Shown: piece by piece, positions 1 to 17,775 of the stretch
Numbering within the stretch: the first letter of the stretch is position 1
Layout: every line of letters begins with the position of its first letter
Source of the DNA: the human T2T-CHM13v2.0 reference genome, Homo sapiens
DNA: 64,000 bases
Strand: one strand, 5' to 3'
NCBI RefSeq assembly: GCF_009914755.1
Contig: NC_060936.1
The notes under the pieces: generated by a model
Told to the model about the DNA's origin: nothing
Databases searched by the model: none
The model's input: only the letters and a program-made list of their open reading frames with translations
Program-made: the position numbers and the translations under genes

Positions 1-664
1 GAGCTTCATGGACAAACGTCTTGGCATTGCTGGATAGTCTCTAGTCACTTACAGCATCTGAATGGGCCAGAGGGAGCAAATGCCTCTTAATTTCAGAATG
101 AGAGAACTCACTCTCATTCATCTTTCTGTTTGAAACTAACAAGAATTGGTCACTAATTAAAAGACAAGTCCAAATTAAAAGCAATAGGAAGCAGCTGCAA
201 TTTCTAAAGCACGCTATATAATTTTAGGTGAAAAGAGTGAAACCTGTGGTGCTTTACTGCCAGCACTGTAATCCAGCCTTCCTGCTGTGAGACAGAGGCA
301 GAGAAAGCGGAAGTTTTCTGTTGAGCCCTTTGTGTGACTGTGACCCAAACCTCCTGTCCTGAAGCAGAGGTGAAGAAGGCGTTCTTCTCTCTCTCTTTCT
401 TTCCCTTAAACCCAAATCTCCTGCAGGTAGGCAGAGACAGACACCTCTGTTCTATAAAGGGAGGATTGGAAAGAAGAGCTTGAACAAAGTCTAGGCCTTA
501 CCAAAAAGTAGAAAGGTCCAAATTCAGGTAGACTTGCCCCTTACACTCGACAATACTCTCAGAGGTGGAAGAACACCAAGGGTTTGGTTGTCCAGGTGCG
601 AGTCTGGGAGGAGTGCAAGATGTTGGGGTTGGGGGTGTGCAGGATAGGAGGGTCACTTTGAAGC

Positions 665-1160
665 CTGCTCAACTGTAGTAATCATTTCACTATGTATATC
701 AAAAGATCATGTTGTATACCTTAAATAAATACAATAAAAATAAATTTAAAATGTGTATGTAAATGGCAAAATCATTTTGGAGATTAATTTGGAAAAACCC
801 AGTAATCTTGAAGTGGCCCATCAATTCCACTTCTAAGTACTAGTTTGAACCATCCGAGCTTGCTGATACTTGACTTTTACAGTTTTCGTTTTTGACCTAT
901 AAAAATGGCAGTTTCAAAAGGTTTAAAATATATATACATGGACATACACACACACATATATACATGGTGTATGTGTGAACATATATATATACACACACAC
1001 ACACACACACGTATATGTACCTTAGAGAGATTTGTCGATGTGTACAAAAGGTAACGACGGTAGCAGCAAAACTTTGGAAATATCTCAGTGCCATTAATAA
1101 GAGAATGGATGAATAAGTTATGACATATTTATGCAATGAAAATAGTCAAAAAGCTAAGCA
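665..1160 (+). mobile_element. L1M remnants (3' end plus ORF2 C-terminal relic) interrupted by a MADE2 and a microsatellite
   Basis: GTAATCATTTCACTATGTATATCAAAAGATCATGTTGTATACCTTAAAT with an A-rich tail, then CAATTCCACTTCTAAG...GAGAATGGATGAATAAG. Confidence 0.55.
838..931. mobile_element. MADE2-like mariner-derived MITE
   Basis: TAGTTTGAACCAT...CGTTTTTGACCTATAAAAATGGCAGTTTCAAAAGGTTTAA resembles the ~80-bp MADE2 palindrome, with a ~12-nt insertion. Confidence 0.65.
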
Positions 1161-4100
1161 TGTAACTTATTTACAGTTAGAAAAACATAGAGGAGTAACA
1201 TTTCTTGGTAAAAGGAGAGCAATTCCCCATGTAATAGAAAGACTTTAAACGCCTTAGCTGGTACACCAAATTACATTTTATCTTGTTTCTGCATCAGCTA
1301 AAATCCCAATCATCTCAAGTAATTCATCTTCTGAAACAGCTCTGTGCTACAACCAGCTGCAGATTTGTAGCATGCTTTTTTTTTGTTTTGTTTTTGTTTT
1401 TTTTTGCCCAAACTAGATGAATTTTTTTTTAATTTCAGAAATTTGAGATTAGGACTTGAGATATTATGTCTATTTTAGCCTCCTTGTATCATTCTAGAAA
1501 CACTTGAAAAGACCAGTGAACAAAATCAAGTCACTGTTTAGTGCTGTTTTGATCATATTCTACTTCATATAAAATAAAGTGATTTATTAACATTTTACAG
1601 TTAGTACTGTTGTTATGCTATATCAACTCTCTCTAATGTATGGAACAATGTATTATAGATGTACCATTTTTTCCCATTGACACTACTCCTATATTATGTT
1701 TTACTGTGTTACCTCAGAAAAATAAAGCCTGCCACTCAGGAAATTACTTGATTTTAAAGCACAGATCTACCATTCCTATAACATATAAAATAAAAATGTG
1801 GTTTTCTGTACTTTAATTTGCAGTGTACATCTCTACTTCTCCTTAAACAGATGGGAAAATTCAATAATATTACATTTTGGGCCCTTCAGACCAAGGAAGA
1901 ACCTGGCAGCAGTTCAAAAATAATGACACAACAAAGAGAAGAAAACAGGTTCTGATACTTCCCTGATGTTGGACTCCCTATCAATGGCCAAACAGATTTT
2001 GGTCTGTTTGAAAAATCATGCCTATTTGGAAAGTCATGCAAAATAAAATTGAATATTTCAACTTTGTCCAGTAAAAGTAAAGGCCTCGTTTCAAAAAAAT
2101 TTCTTTAGGGGAGTATAAGAGCCAAGAACCTGCTGGAATTTATTGTCAAACAGTCTGATCCTGAATTGTGCTATAATTCTGCTATAGTTAGAGACCTGAT
2201 CTTTATTATCTTTTCAGAAGCACACATACTCGTACACACACACAGAGACACCCTTAATTTTGCTTAATTAGTTGGGCTCTTGGTTGGAGACTTTAAGTCA
2301 TGTATGGTGTTTTATGTCAAAAATATCAAAGGTAGTTAACATTGCACACCAGTAGTTTAATAGCAGTATTTATATCTCTCAAATTACAGAGTCTTAGAAT
2401 AAATTACTGACTGGTTATTAAATGGTACTAGTTGAACCAGGGCCAAACTGATTATTCAAGTATTTCTGCTTCCTGCTTATGGCACAACACTCAGTGGAAG
2501 AGCTATCCTGAACTCCATATTGCTCATTCAGTTATGAAGGAAACTACGAAGATATCTGTAACCAGTGGGTCCTCTAATATCTGCCATTGTAAAAAGTTGG
2601 TGACAATTTATTTTATTTGCTTGACTTTTGCCTCATGTGAAAGAGTAGGGCTCAAGAGGTCTTTTAAGATTGTTTTTAATGGTAATTTCTATGATTTCAG
2701 CATCCTGAATTTTCTCCTTTTGCCAGAAGATTTCACTGGTCAGGGTGCCTATTGAGTAAATATGGGATTTCTTCTGGAGCTGATTAGAAATGCTCTGATT
2801 GTAACATGTATTGTTTCTGACATAATTCATTCTTCTGGCAAGTCATAGAGTGAGTCATTGGGAAATAGGACAGTATGAGGAAGGTGGTCCAGATAGAATC
2901 AGTCTTAGGAGATCTGCTGTAATCATAGATTATTCTCAGTAGCTGGGCTTCTTCAGTGTTCTATTTTTAATTTCCTAAATAAAATGTTATAATATAGTTG
3001 GAATATAAACTATATTCTTGGACTTTGTTTAAGCCAACAGCTTTACAGAGAGACCACACTGCTCACAGATGGACCCAGATTAGAAATGAAATATTCATTC
3101 ACTTATTCAACCAATGAATATTTCTTGAGCTTCTACTATATGGTAGACATACCGCTAAGCATTGAGGATAATTTACTGAGTATTACATAGGTGGTCATTT
3201 GATCTGCGGCTGTTCACAGTCTTATAGTATTTGCGTATTTCTATTTCTATATAGATTTTTAGTAATAAGAGAGGTAATTGGTTAAATGTAAACCCTGTAT
3301 GGTAATACATCATACACTATATTATTTTTTATTCCATTCGTTCCATTGGTATTTCAAGTCTTAATTTATCTTGTTTAATTAAAAGGCATAAATTAGCACA
3401 TCATGCTGTTTGCATCTAATTATACAGCTGAGTTCTTGGATTATCTTTGATTCTAAAAGTACAACTCAACATACTAATAAGAAGAGTAAATCAGAAATAG
3501 AAAGATAGTCTTTAAATTTTAAAATAAAAGAATGAAATTCATGTTTACTGTAACATTATTGTGACCTTCATATTTTAATCTTATTTAAAACTGATTTTGT
3601 AATAATAGACTAAATTTGAGCAGTTAGTCTTGACAAATATAAGATCATTTTGCCTGTATCACTTCCTTTCTGCTATATTTTTTATGACAAAAGATTTTGA
3701 AATATGCCTTTGAAAGTAAATGATTTAATCGATTTTTTTAAGTGACAATCTCTACTTTTGTTTATACTTTGCAATAGTTTTATTTTCTTTACCAAGAAGA
3801 CCTTGAGTTGCTATTTTATTTTGGTTAGGGTTCCTTCATGAATCATTTAGCCAGAATAAGCTGAAACAGCAATCTTTTTGTTCACATACAGTGAGATATG
3901 TTGTCTCATTTCAGTGGTATGGCCCCGGTGTCCTTTCTCCCTGTGTTCTTTTTGTCTTAAGTTTGCCTTCCCTAGATTTGACCCATGTCATACCTTCTAT
4001 TGCTCCCTCCTGTTTTAGATTAGTATTTCCTAAGTGCCTCCGAGGTGCCAGGCTTTGTGCTGGCTTCTTCAGATGTAGCCATAAAGCAGTCAGTTGGATT

Positions 4101-6877
4101 CCCATGAAACTTGTAATAAAAATGTTCCTTACGCAAATAATCACACACAGAGTAGTTTAATTTCTTGTTTTAATATCTTTAAAGAAGAAGCATGGGATGT
4201 TTTTGAGAGGTGCAATCGGGGAAGTTAACCCTCTACTGTGGAGGAGAGGGTGAATCAAGAAAGTCTTCCCTAAAGATCAGTATTTAAGCCGAATCTTGGT
4301 AAATAGTTGGAGAGACCAACAACCAACCTGAGAAAAATCTCTGATTGCCACTTCTCTGCTGTCATGAGGTAGTTTCATTTGATGTTGAGTTTCAAGGAGG
4401 TACAGTTGGAAGCTTTGATTTTAAATATATTTAATTAGCCCAATGCAGGATTTTAAAAGATTTAAATGTAAAAATCTGATGCAGAAAAGAATATTTTACA
4501 TGTATTATGAACCATTATACTATTTCTATATGTGCTTGACTTTAGTTATTTAGTGTGGTTTATTACTTCAATTTAAAAACTATGTATATTATAAAATTCA
4601 TTTTTGTAAATAGATTTTTGTTTCATGGATGTTATAAACCTGAAAGTGTCTTGGAGCCTGATATCAGTTGCATGTAAACATTAGTTAATGACTTAAATTT
4701 CCTTTTTATGGTATTGTCTAAAACAGACTTATGAAGATCATAGAGAAAGTCTTATTAATATCTATTATTAGTTCAGTGACAGACTTAATAAAAATGAAGA
4801 TACTGATAATGATAGGAACAGCTTCAAAGCTCTCTACCTTGCTTTTAAGACATTGATCTGATTGAGCACGGAGGATAAAAATTCCATTTTTTATAAATAT
4901 ATAGTAACTATTTTAAATCTAGGTAAATTAATCCTTATAATGACTCAGTTATTAAAACTGGCTGGTCAGTATTTTAAACTCATCAAAGTACAACTATATC
5001 GCACATTGCTGATACATCATCATGAAAAATGTGTGAGACTATACCTTTCTTTTGACTCAGGTTAATTATAAAAAAAAAATTCTACTTTTCAGTCTAGCTG
5101 CTTGCATAATTGCTTTTTTGGCAAACATTACTTCATCAATTCCTTAGAAAATTTTGGCCTTTAAAACCCAAGAGAACATCCTACCCTGTTTATACTGACT
5201 TTAAAAAGATTGAAGTAACATTTCAAATGCTTTTTCTCTGTGAGCCCTTAATCCTTTCAGACTTATTCTGACTGATCTATTCTTGTGTTTTATCCATTTT
5301 GTTGTTGATTTAGCTTGTTACTCCCCAAATATTTTCCCGTGCCTTTTTTTTCTTCAACAGCTCTTACTGCTTATATGAATGATGATTGGAATAGATCATT
5401 TAATAGCCACAGGGATATTGAAATACTTTAAGTCAAAACAAAACAAAACCTCTTAAACCTTGTATGTTATTGGTACAGTGCTTGCCTCTGCCCTTAACTG
5501 CCTGAGACCATGTTTGTGAGGCTGCTTCATCAGAAAGCCAATGATCTTTCCATATTTTAAGGTTTCATGGGCTAGAATTGGAATTTTAGCCAAGCTGGTG
5601 GTTATTATTTTTTAGTCTACGTCAGTTGTATACAACAGAGTAAAATGTGACCATTCATGGAAAAATTAAATTTACTAACTCATGTCATTAAATTGGTAAC
5701 TCATGTAATAGAAGTACAGCTGAAGATCCAGGCTTTAGAAAAGAAAGAGTCAGAGGTGCTGGGCTGGGTGTAGCAACAACTGGTGTCCTGGTCTTGCGAA
5801 TCTAATTTCAGAGAAAATCTGGTCAGCTTGTGTTTGGTCAATTCTCCAACTGTGTCTAGGGAAAGGAAGGGTACTAGTGGGAAAAGCGGAGCTTTCAAAG
5901 TAATAGTGGTGGGGATGTGATGACCAGAAAAATGTAGAAAAATGCAGGGAAGGCAAAAAATAGCAGCTTTCTACTCTGCTTTTTGGGATTTAACATCACT
6001 CTACTGTCCTTACCTATAAAATTGTAATACTACTACCACCTATTTCATAGGTTGCTAACAGCAGTGAAACTGGAAGTACTCAGAACAGTATTTAACAAAT
6101 AGCAAATTCCCAATATCATAAATATCTCCATTTTACAGATGAGAAATTGTGGTTCTGAGAGGTTTAAATACCCCGCCCAAGGTCACACTGATAGGGATTG
6201 GTTAAGCTGGCAGTCAGACACTTTCATTATAGATTCATTCTAAAACACTATGCCGTGTTGCTTCAAAGTCCATAGAGCCTACTCCCTAAAGTTCACCTTT
6301 CTCTTTATTGTACTACTTCTGTCTTCCTAGTACCTAATATCTGTCATTTTAAAGAAACATTTTAATTCTACTCCTTCACTTTTTACAATCTCAAACATTC
6401 TCTCTTTTCAAAGCAATAAAGATGTAAACAACTGACAGGAACAATCAAAAGCCAAACTAGAATACTAAAAAGATGTATGCCTGTAATACCAAGAAAAAAA
6501 TCATACATTTATCAAAATGTACCCAAATTCATATGTCCAGATTCATTGCCATTAAAGACTTAACTAAATACCTGAGACACAAGTATAATAATCCTTGATT
6601 TTGGAAAAGGACAAAGGATAGACCTAAGGGATAGTAAAAATTAAGTAGATCCATCTTTAGTAAAATAATGATTTTTAAAATTATAGATTGTTCAAGATAA
6701 CTCCCATACTTCAGCACTGGCTGGAAAAATAGTAGAGCCCATTATCAAGCAATCAGTGTTTGTCAGTTTACAAATACTGTAATCAGCATGTGTCTGTGAA
6801 GTGAAAGCAATGCTAGATATGTCTGTTTTTCTGTTATAAAAGAGTTATTGATTTTATACAGGGAATTTACAAAGCTT

Positions 6878-7070
6878 TTAGTATTTTTCAAAGTGTGTTC
6901 AATGGATGTTAATAGGGTTATGTGGCTGAAAAATATTACCTAGTCAAATAAATTTAAGAAACTGGAATACAGAAGATAAAACAGATTTCTTTACTGTAAA
7001 ACGGGTCAGAGCCTTTAATATTGCTGATTTTCAAGAAGGGTTACAGAATGCAACATAGCAAAAGCTGATT
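6878..7070. mobile_element. hAT-Charlie-type DNA transposon relic
   Basis: TTTTTCAAAGTGTGTTC...GTCAAATAAATTT...TTTCTTTACTG...CAGAGCCTTTAATAT recalls Charlie4-like consensus. Confidence 0.45.
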
Positions 7071-7887
7071 CTATGATGAATCTTGAGAATGGTATGTTCT
7101 AAGCTGCCAAAATGCTCAGGTAGACTTACGTAAGCACCTGCTTTGGCTGTTCAAGAGCAGAACCTGTCCCTGTTCCCCTTTCTATCACTGGTACCTAGCA
7201 GAGTGCCTGATACTGACAGGTGCTAATTGAGTATTTGTTGACTGACTGAATGAATAAATAAATATTCAGTAGAACCCTAAAGAAAAAGATAGACTAATAT
7301 CTTGATTACATGATCATACATGTATTTGAAAAGAGGAGGCTGTCTCAAATCTGACTTAAAATTATGCATATATTTTAATTGTTCTTTTTGACTTCAGAAA
7401 GGGAAGTTCATAGTTCTAATTGGATTTGAAAATCAAATTTAAATTAACTGAGAATTAATGAATTCCTTGATATTATCGTGTGTTGGAAAAATTTTACAGA
7501 ACACATTTTTTATAGCCATATAACACTATTGATTTGTGCAAAACAAAGTATTGGATCATTTTCTTGAGTTTCTTCTTGAAATGGGATGTTGCTGGGAGGA
7601 GTTTCCAGAAGATGCTATATTGCCAATGTATAGTGCAGTACTTCTGGGTGAATACAACATAATGCTCTATCTTTATATTTATACATCAATGGAAATATAT
7701 TCTTACATATAAACACATATAATATACACAAATGCATTATAGCTCTGTACACATACACACATATTTGTTTTCATGTTTGAACATGTATATATGCATATAT
7801 GTGGGACAAGTAATGAAAAAAATTCTAGTTTTCTTAACCAAGAAAAAGCATGCAGATACCCCCTGAAGTAAAGAATATGAGATAGTT

Positions 7888-8924
7888 GGGGGAGGAGCCA
7901 AGATGGCCGGATAGGAACAGCTCTGGTCTACAGCTCCCAGCATGAGCCACGCAGAAGACGGGTGATTTCTGCATTTCCATCTGAGGTACCGGGTTCATCT
8001 CACTAGGGAGTGCCAGACAGTGGGCGCAGGTCAGTGGGTGCACGCACCGTGCGTGAGCCGAAGCAGGGCGAGGCATTGCCTCACTCGGGACGTGCAAGGG
8101 GTCAGGGAGTTCCCTTTCCTAGTCAAAGAAAGGGGTGACAGACGGCACCTGGAAAATCGGGTCACTCCCACCCAAATACTGCGCTTTTCCGACGGGCTTA
8201 AAAAATGGCGCGCCACGAGATTATATCCTGCACCTGGCTCGGAGGGTCCTACGCCTACGGAGTCTCGCTGATTGCTAGTACAGCAGTCTGAGATCAAACT
8301 GCAAGGCGGCAGCGAGGCTGGGGGAGGGGTGCCCACCATTGCCCAGGCTCTCTTAGGTAAACAAAGCAGTCAGGAAGCTCCAACTGGGTGGAGCCCACCA
8401 CAGCTCATGGAGGCCTGCCTGCCTCTGTAGGCTCCACCTCTGGGTGTCGGGCACAGACAAACAAAAAGACAGCAGTAACCTCTGCAGACTTAAATGTCCC
8501 TGTCTGACAGCTTTGAGGAGAGCAGTGGTTCTCCCAGCACGCAGCTGGAGATCTGAGAACGGGCAGACTGCCTCCTCAGGTGGGTCCCTGACCCCTGACC
8601 CCTGAGCAGCCTAACTGGGAGGAACCCCCCAGTAGGGGCAGACTGACACCTCACATGGCCGGGTACTCCTCTGAGACAAAACTTCCAGAGGAACGATCAG
8701 ACAGCAGCATATTCGCGGTTCATGAAAAACCACTGTTCTGCAGACACCACTGCTAATACCCAGGCAAACAGGGTCTGGAGTGGACCTCTAGCAAACTCCA
8801 ACAGACCTGCAGCTGAGGGTCCTGTCTGTTAGGAGGAAAACTAACAAACAGAAAGGACATCCACACCAAAAACCCATCTGTACATCACCATCATCAAAGA
8901 CCAAAAGTAGATAAAACCACAAAG
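7888..8924 (+). promoter_or_regulatory. L1 5'UTR internal sense/antisense promoter, CpG-rich, with YY1 site
   Basis: YY1 motif CAAGATGGCCG at 7899-7909. Many CpGs retained relative to the flanks. 1037 nt long up to the ORF1 ATG at 8925. Confidence 0.85.
8031..8339 (-). CDS. LINE-1 ORF0 homologue (antisense ORF), 102 aa
   Basis: Translation MVGTPPPASLPPCSLISDCCTSNQRDSVGVGPSEPG matches the primate L1 ORF0 N-terminus. Strong Kozak context (GCAATGG). Expression unknown. Confidence 0.7.
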   Translation of the reverse strand: MVGTPPPASLPPCSLISDCCTSNQRDSVGVGPSEPGAGYNLVARHFLSPSEKRSIWVGVTRFSRCRLSPLSLTRKGNSLTPCTSRVRQCLALLRLTHGACTH

Positions 8925-9939
8925 ATGGGGAAAAAACAGAGCAGAAAAACTGGAAACTCTAAAAAGCAGAGCACCTCTCCTCCTCCAAAGGATCGCACTT
9001 CCTCACCAGCAATGGAACAAAGCTGGACGGAGAATGACTTTGAGTTGAGAGAAGAAGGCTTCAGATGATCAAACTACTCCGAGCTACAGGAGGAAATTCA
9101 AACCAAAGGCAAAGAAGATAAAAACTTTGAAAAAAATTTAGACGAATGTATAACTAGAATAACCAATACAGAGAAGTGCTTAAAGGAGCTGATGGAGCTG
9201 AAAGCCAAGGCTCGAGAACTACGTGAAGAATGCAGAAGCCTTAGGAGCCGATGCAATCAACTGGAAGAAAGGGTATCAGTGATGGAAGATGAAATGAATG
9301 AAGTGAAGCGAGAAGGGAAGTTTAGAGAAAAAAGAATAAAAAGAAACGAACAAAGCCTCCAAGAAATATGTGACTATGTGAAAAGACCAAATCTACGTCT
9401 GATTGGTGTACCTGAAAGTGACGGGGAGAATGGAACCAAGTTGGAAAACAATGTGCAGGATATTATCCAGGAGAACTTCCCCAATCTAGCAAGGCAGGCC
9501 AACATTCAGATTCAGGAAATACAGAGAACGCCACAAAGATACTCCTCGAGAAGAGCAACTCCAAGACACATAATTGTCAGATTCACCAAAGTTGAAATGA
9601 AGGAAAAAATGTTAAGGGTAGCCAGAGAGAAAGGTCGGGTTACCCACAAAAGGGAAGCCCATCAGACTAACAGCAGATCTGTTGGCAGAAACTCTATAAG
9701 CCAGAAGAGAGTGGGGGCCAATATTCAACATTCTTAAAGAAAAGAATTTTCAACCCAGAATTTCATATCCAGCCAAACTAAGCTTCATAAGTGAAGGAGA
9801 AATAAAATTCTTTGCAGACAAGCAAATGCTGAGAGATTTTGTCACCACCAGGCCTGCCCTAAAAGAGCTCCTGAAGGAAGCACTGAACATGGAAAGGAAC
9901 AAACAGTACCAGCTGCTGCAAAATCATGCCAAAATGTAA
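8925..9939 (+). pseudogene. L1 ORF1p (RNA-binding), disrupted
   Basis: ATG GGG AAA AAA CAG start. In-frame TGA at 9066-9068 (CGA>TGA). +1 frameshift in the A-run near 9648-9651. Recognisable ORF1 peptide in ORF 9192..9737. Canonical stop TAA at 9937-9939. Confidence 0.93.
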
Positions 9940-9987
9940 AGACCATCGAGACTAGGAAGAAACTGCATCAACTAACGAGCAGAATAA

Positions 9988-13827
<3,840 letters not shown>

Positions 13828-14449
13828 ACAATGAGAACACATGGACACAGGAAGGGGAACATCACACTCTGGGGACTGTTGTGGGGTAGGGGGAGGGGGG
13901 AGGGATAGCACTGGGAGATATACCTAATGCTAGATGACGAGTTAGTGGGTGCAGTGCACCAGCATGTCACATGTATACATATGTAACTAACCTGCACATT
14001 GTGCACATGTACCCTAAAAGTTAAAGTATCATAATAATAAAAAAAAAAGAATATGAGATAGTCATCTTATTTTATGGTGATTAAATATATAAAATTAATG
14101 TATCAGAAATTACTTATAGTGGGTGGAGAAAAGTTTAACTGAAGTTCTTTAATTCAGCTACTACCATCAGTTTAAATATATGGTTTGTTAAATGGAACAC
14201 AAAAATTTTACCAAGCAGGTCTTGTTCCTATTTTCCCATTTTGAATCAAATTTGTTTTATCTCAGAATTTAAGTCAAATATTGTAGTATCATAAACTAAA
14301 TTATTAAGCTGGGAATTTGGCAAAGAAATCGGGAGATTCACTTTTATGAACCAATTGTGTGTCTTCCAATGGATTAGACATACTTCTTCATTTTTATATT
14401 CCAAGTGTTTCTAGACAAATTATCTAAAGGTATCCATTTTATTTTAAAT

Positions 14450-16150
14450 AGTTTTTTACAGTTTATAAACCACAAAATTCACTATTATTAGTTTACAAGT
14501 TAATAATTTTGAGGAAACAGGTATGATTGTATGCATATATATGTATGTATATTATATACGTGCATATATACAGACATGTTTAGGTATAAGTATGTATATA
14601 TGTATACCATTACTTTAGTCTAATTTTAGAATGTATCCACCTTCACCAAAAGTTTCTCTGTGCCTGTTTGAGAGTCATTTATTGTTTCCATCCCAACCAA
14701 CCATGGAACTAGCTTTGTCTCTATAGTTTTGCCTTTCCTATAAATATTGTAAAATGAAATCATACAATACACAGTTTTTTGCATGACTTGTTACGCTCAG
14801 TGTAATATTATAAAGCCTCATCCATGTTGTTGCATGAGCCGTAGTTCATTTCTTTTTATTGCTGAATAGTATTCCATTGTCTGGATATACCATTTTGTTT
14901 ATCCATTCACCAGCTGATGGTCATTTGAAATGTTTCCAGTTTAAAGCTCTTATGAATAATGCTGCCATAAATACTCACCTTCAAGGCTTTAAATGTGTCT
15001 AAAATATATGTTTTAATTTTTTCTGGAGAGAGATTGTTGACTAGAATGCTAAGTTTGTATTTAACTTTTTGAATAACTGGAAAACTGTTTTTCATTGTGG
15101 ACGTACCGTTTTACATTCCCGCCAGCCATGTCTGAGAGTTCTAATTTTGCATACCCTCAACAGCTTCAGTTTGTCAGTCTCTTTATTTTAGTCATTCTAG
15201 TGTGTGTAGTGGTATCTTAATTTTGGTTTTAATTTATATTTCATAATGACTAATGATGTTGAAAATGTTTTTTTGCACTAGTCATTTATATACTGTCTTC
15301 AATAAGATATATGCTCAGATATTTTGCCATTTTGAATTGAGTTGAAAGAGTTATTGATATATTGTAGACAGAAGAGCTTTATTAGATATATGAGTTGCCA
15401 GTGTTTTCACTCACTCTGTGGCTTGTCTTTTCACTTTCTTAATGGCATTTAGACATAGGTTTATAATTTTGCTGAAGTTCAGTTTAACCATTTGTTTCTT
15501 TGATGGATCATGCCTTTGGTATAATATCTAAGAAATCTTTGCTTAATGCCAGGCCCCCCAAATTTTCTCCTATTTCTTCTGGATGTTTATAATCTTAGCT
15601 TTTACCTTTAGAAATATAATCTATTTTGAAGTTCTTTTTTGGTACATGGTGTGAGACTACATTCTAAGTGCTTTTTTCATACAGCTATCCAATCATCCCA
15701 ATATTATTTATTGAAAAGGCATTCCTTGTTCTCATTGAGTTGCCTTGCACCTTTATAAAAAACAGTTTATAAAATGTGAATATATTTCTAGATTTTGTAT
15801 TTTGTTGTACATGTACATAGAACAAAATTATAAAAATTGCACATTGTCTTTATAAAAATTGCACATTGTTACTTGATTACTGTAACTTTATATTAAATTT
15901 TAAAATCCTCCACCTTTGACTTTCTTTTTCAAAATTATTTTAACTATTCTAGGTTTTTGTCATTCCATATAAAATTTAGAATTAGCTTATTAATTTTTAC
16001 AATAATTTTTGCTGGGATTTTGACAGAGATTCTGTTGAATTTGTAGATCAACCTGAGGAGAATGACATCTTAACGATATTGAGTCTTGAATCGATTAAAA
16101 TCCATGAAAATGGCATATCTCACCTTATTATATATCTTCATATCTATCTG

Positions 16151-16191
<41 letters not shown>

Positions 16192-16420
16192 ATCTCACCT
16201 TATTTTAGATCTTTACTTTCTCTCAGCAGTGCTTTATAATTTTCGGTTTATGCGTCTTACACTTCTGTTAAATTTATTCTGAACTATTTTACCCTTTTAA
16301 ATTATAAGTTGTTTCTTAATTACATTCTCAGATTATTCAAAGTATATAGAAATACAATTCATTTTTGTATATTGATCTTGTAAACTTGCTGTATTTATTA
16401 GTAACTTTTTTGTAAATCCC
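14450..16420 (-). mobile_element. Ancient L1M (L1MB/MC/ME-type) 3' portion
   Basis: T-rich decayed antisense L1 text such as TTTATTGCTGAATAGTATTCCATTGT and TTGCTGGGATTTTGACAGAGATT. Boundaries approximate. Confidence 0.75.
16141..16190. repeat. (TATC)n tetranucleotide microsatellite
   Basis: About 12 units with one interruption. Confidence 0.95.
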
Positions 16421-17400
16421 ATAGGACTAAAAAAAAAGTCTAATTCTGAAATTCTCCCAGAAACAGACTATATGCTACTGGGAAACAGATACCTGTGCCT
16501 AGTACTTGTTTAATAAATGCTTGTTGGGTGAGAGAATGGATTTTTGCGTAAATTTCTCCAGAGTATTATGCTTTTCCTAACTATGATTAATATGTATTTT
16601 AACTTTATAAAAATGAGACTTTACACATAGGTTTGATGATTATATATTTACATTTCCTGAGGACTAAAATTGTAAATGTTTCATGCTTTAAATACCATTC
16701 CTAGGCTACTTAGACAATGTGCAGAAAAAAAAGAACACAGAAATTGACAATTAAATATTAATAGATTTGTTTTATCCAAGAGCATGTTGATGATAAAATT
16801 CACCTTTTCCGTTTTTTCCCCAGAGGATGAGTATTTAAGTGAGTATGTGATCAATGCTAAGTGCATTAAGGATGCATTTCTTACTGTCAGGCTTTGATTT
16901 CATTAAAGAAAAATGCTTATGCCTTATTATGTTTATTGCATAATTTGTAATTTACAACAATAATACATCTATTTAATTTTCACTTAAATGTTGTAAATTA
17001 CAGTCTTTAAGAATACATTAAGCACAAATCTTTTTTATTATCGTTTTTGTGAAACTAACAATCAGAGTCATTTTAGACATCTCACACTTAACTAGGAGAA
17101 TATTTTTTCTTAAATAATTTTTGAATTAAGATTTTTAACTACATAAAATACAAATGCCTGTTTTCCCCACAGTAATAACTGATATAGTGATAAACATACA
17201 TCATATTCTGACTACTATGTGAGGTATATGAAAACATCCCTCGCTTTTTAAGTCAAAAACAGGTTTATGGAGTTTTCAATTTGTCAGTTCTGACACTGAG
17301 TGCCTCAGTTGGAAACTAAGGACACAAAGAAAAAAATATTCACAAAAGAAACATACAAACAAAAAGATATAACCTGCAAAGCTAACTTTTTCGACTATGA

Positions 17401-17775
<375 letters not shown>

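Noticed and set aside
1851-1955. Acceptor-like CCTTAAACAG followed by a 34-codon ATG ORF
   Set aside because: Weak donor and unrecognised peptide. Insufficient for an exon call.
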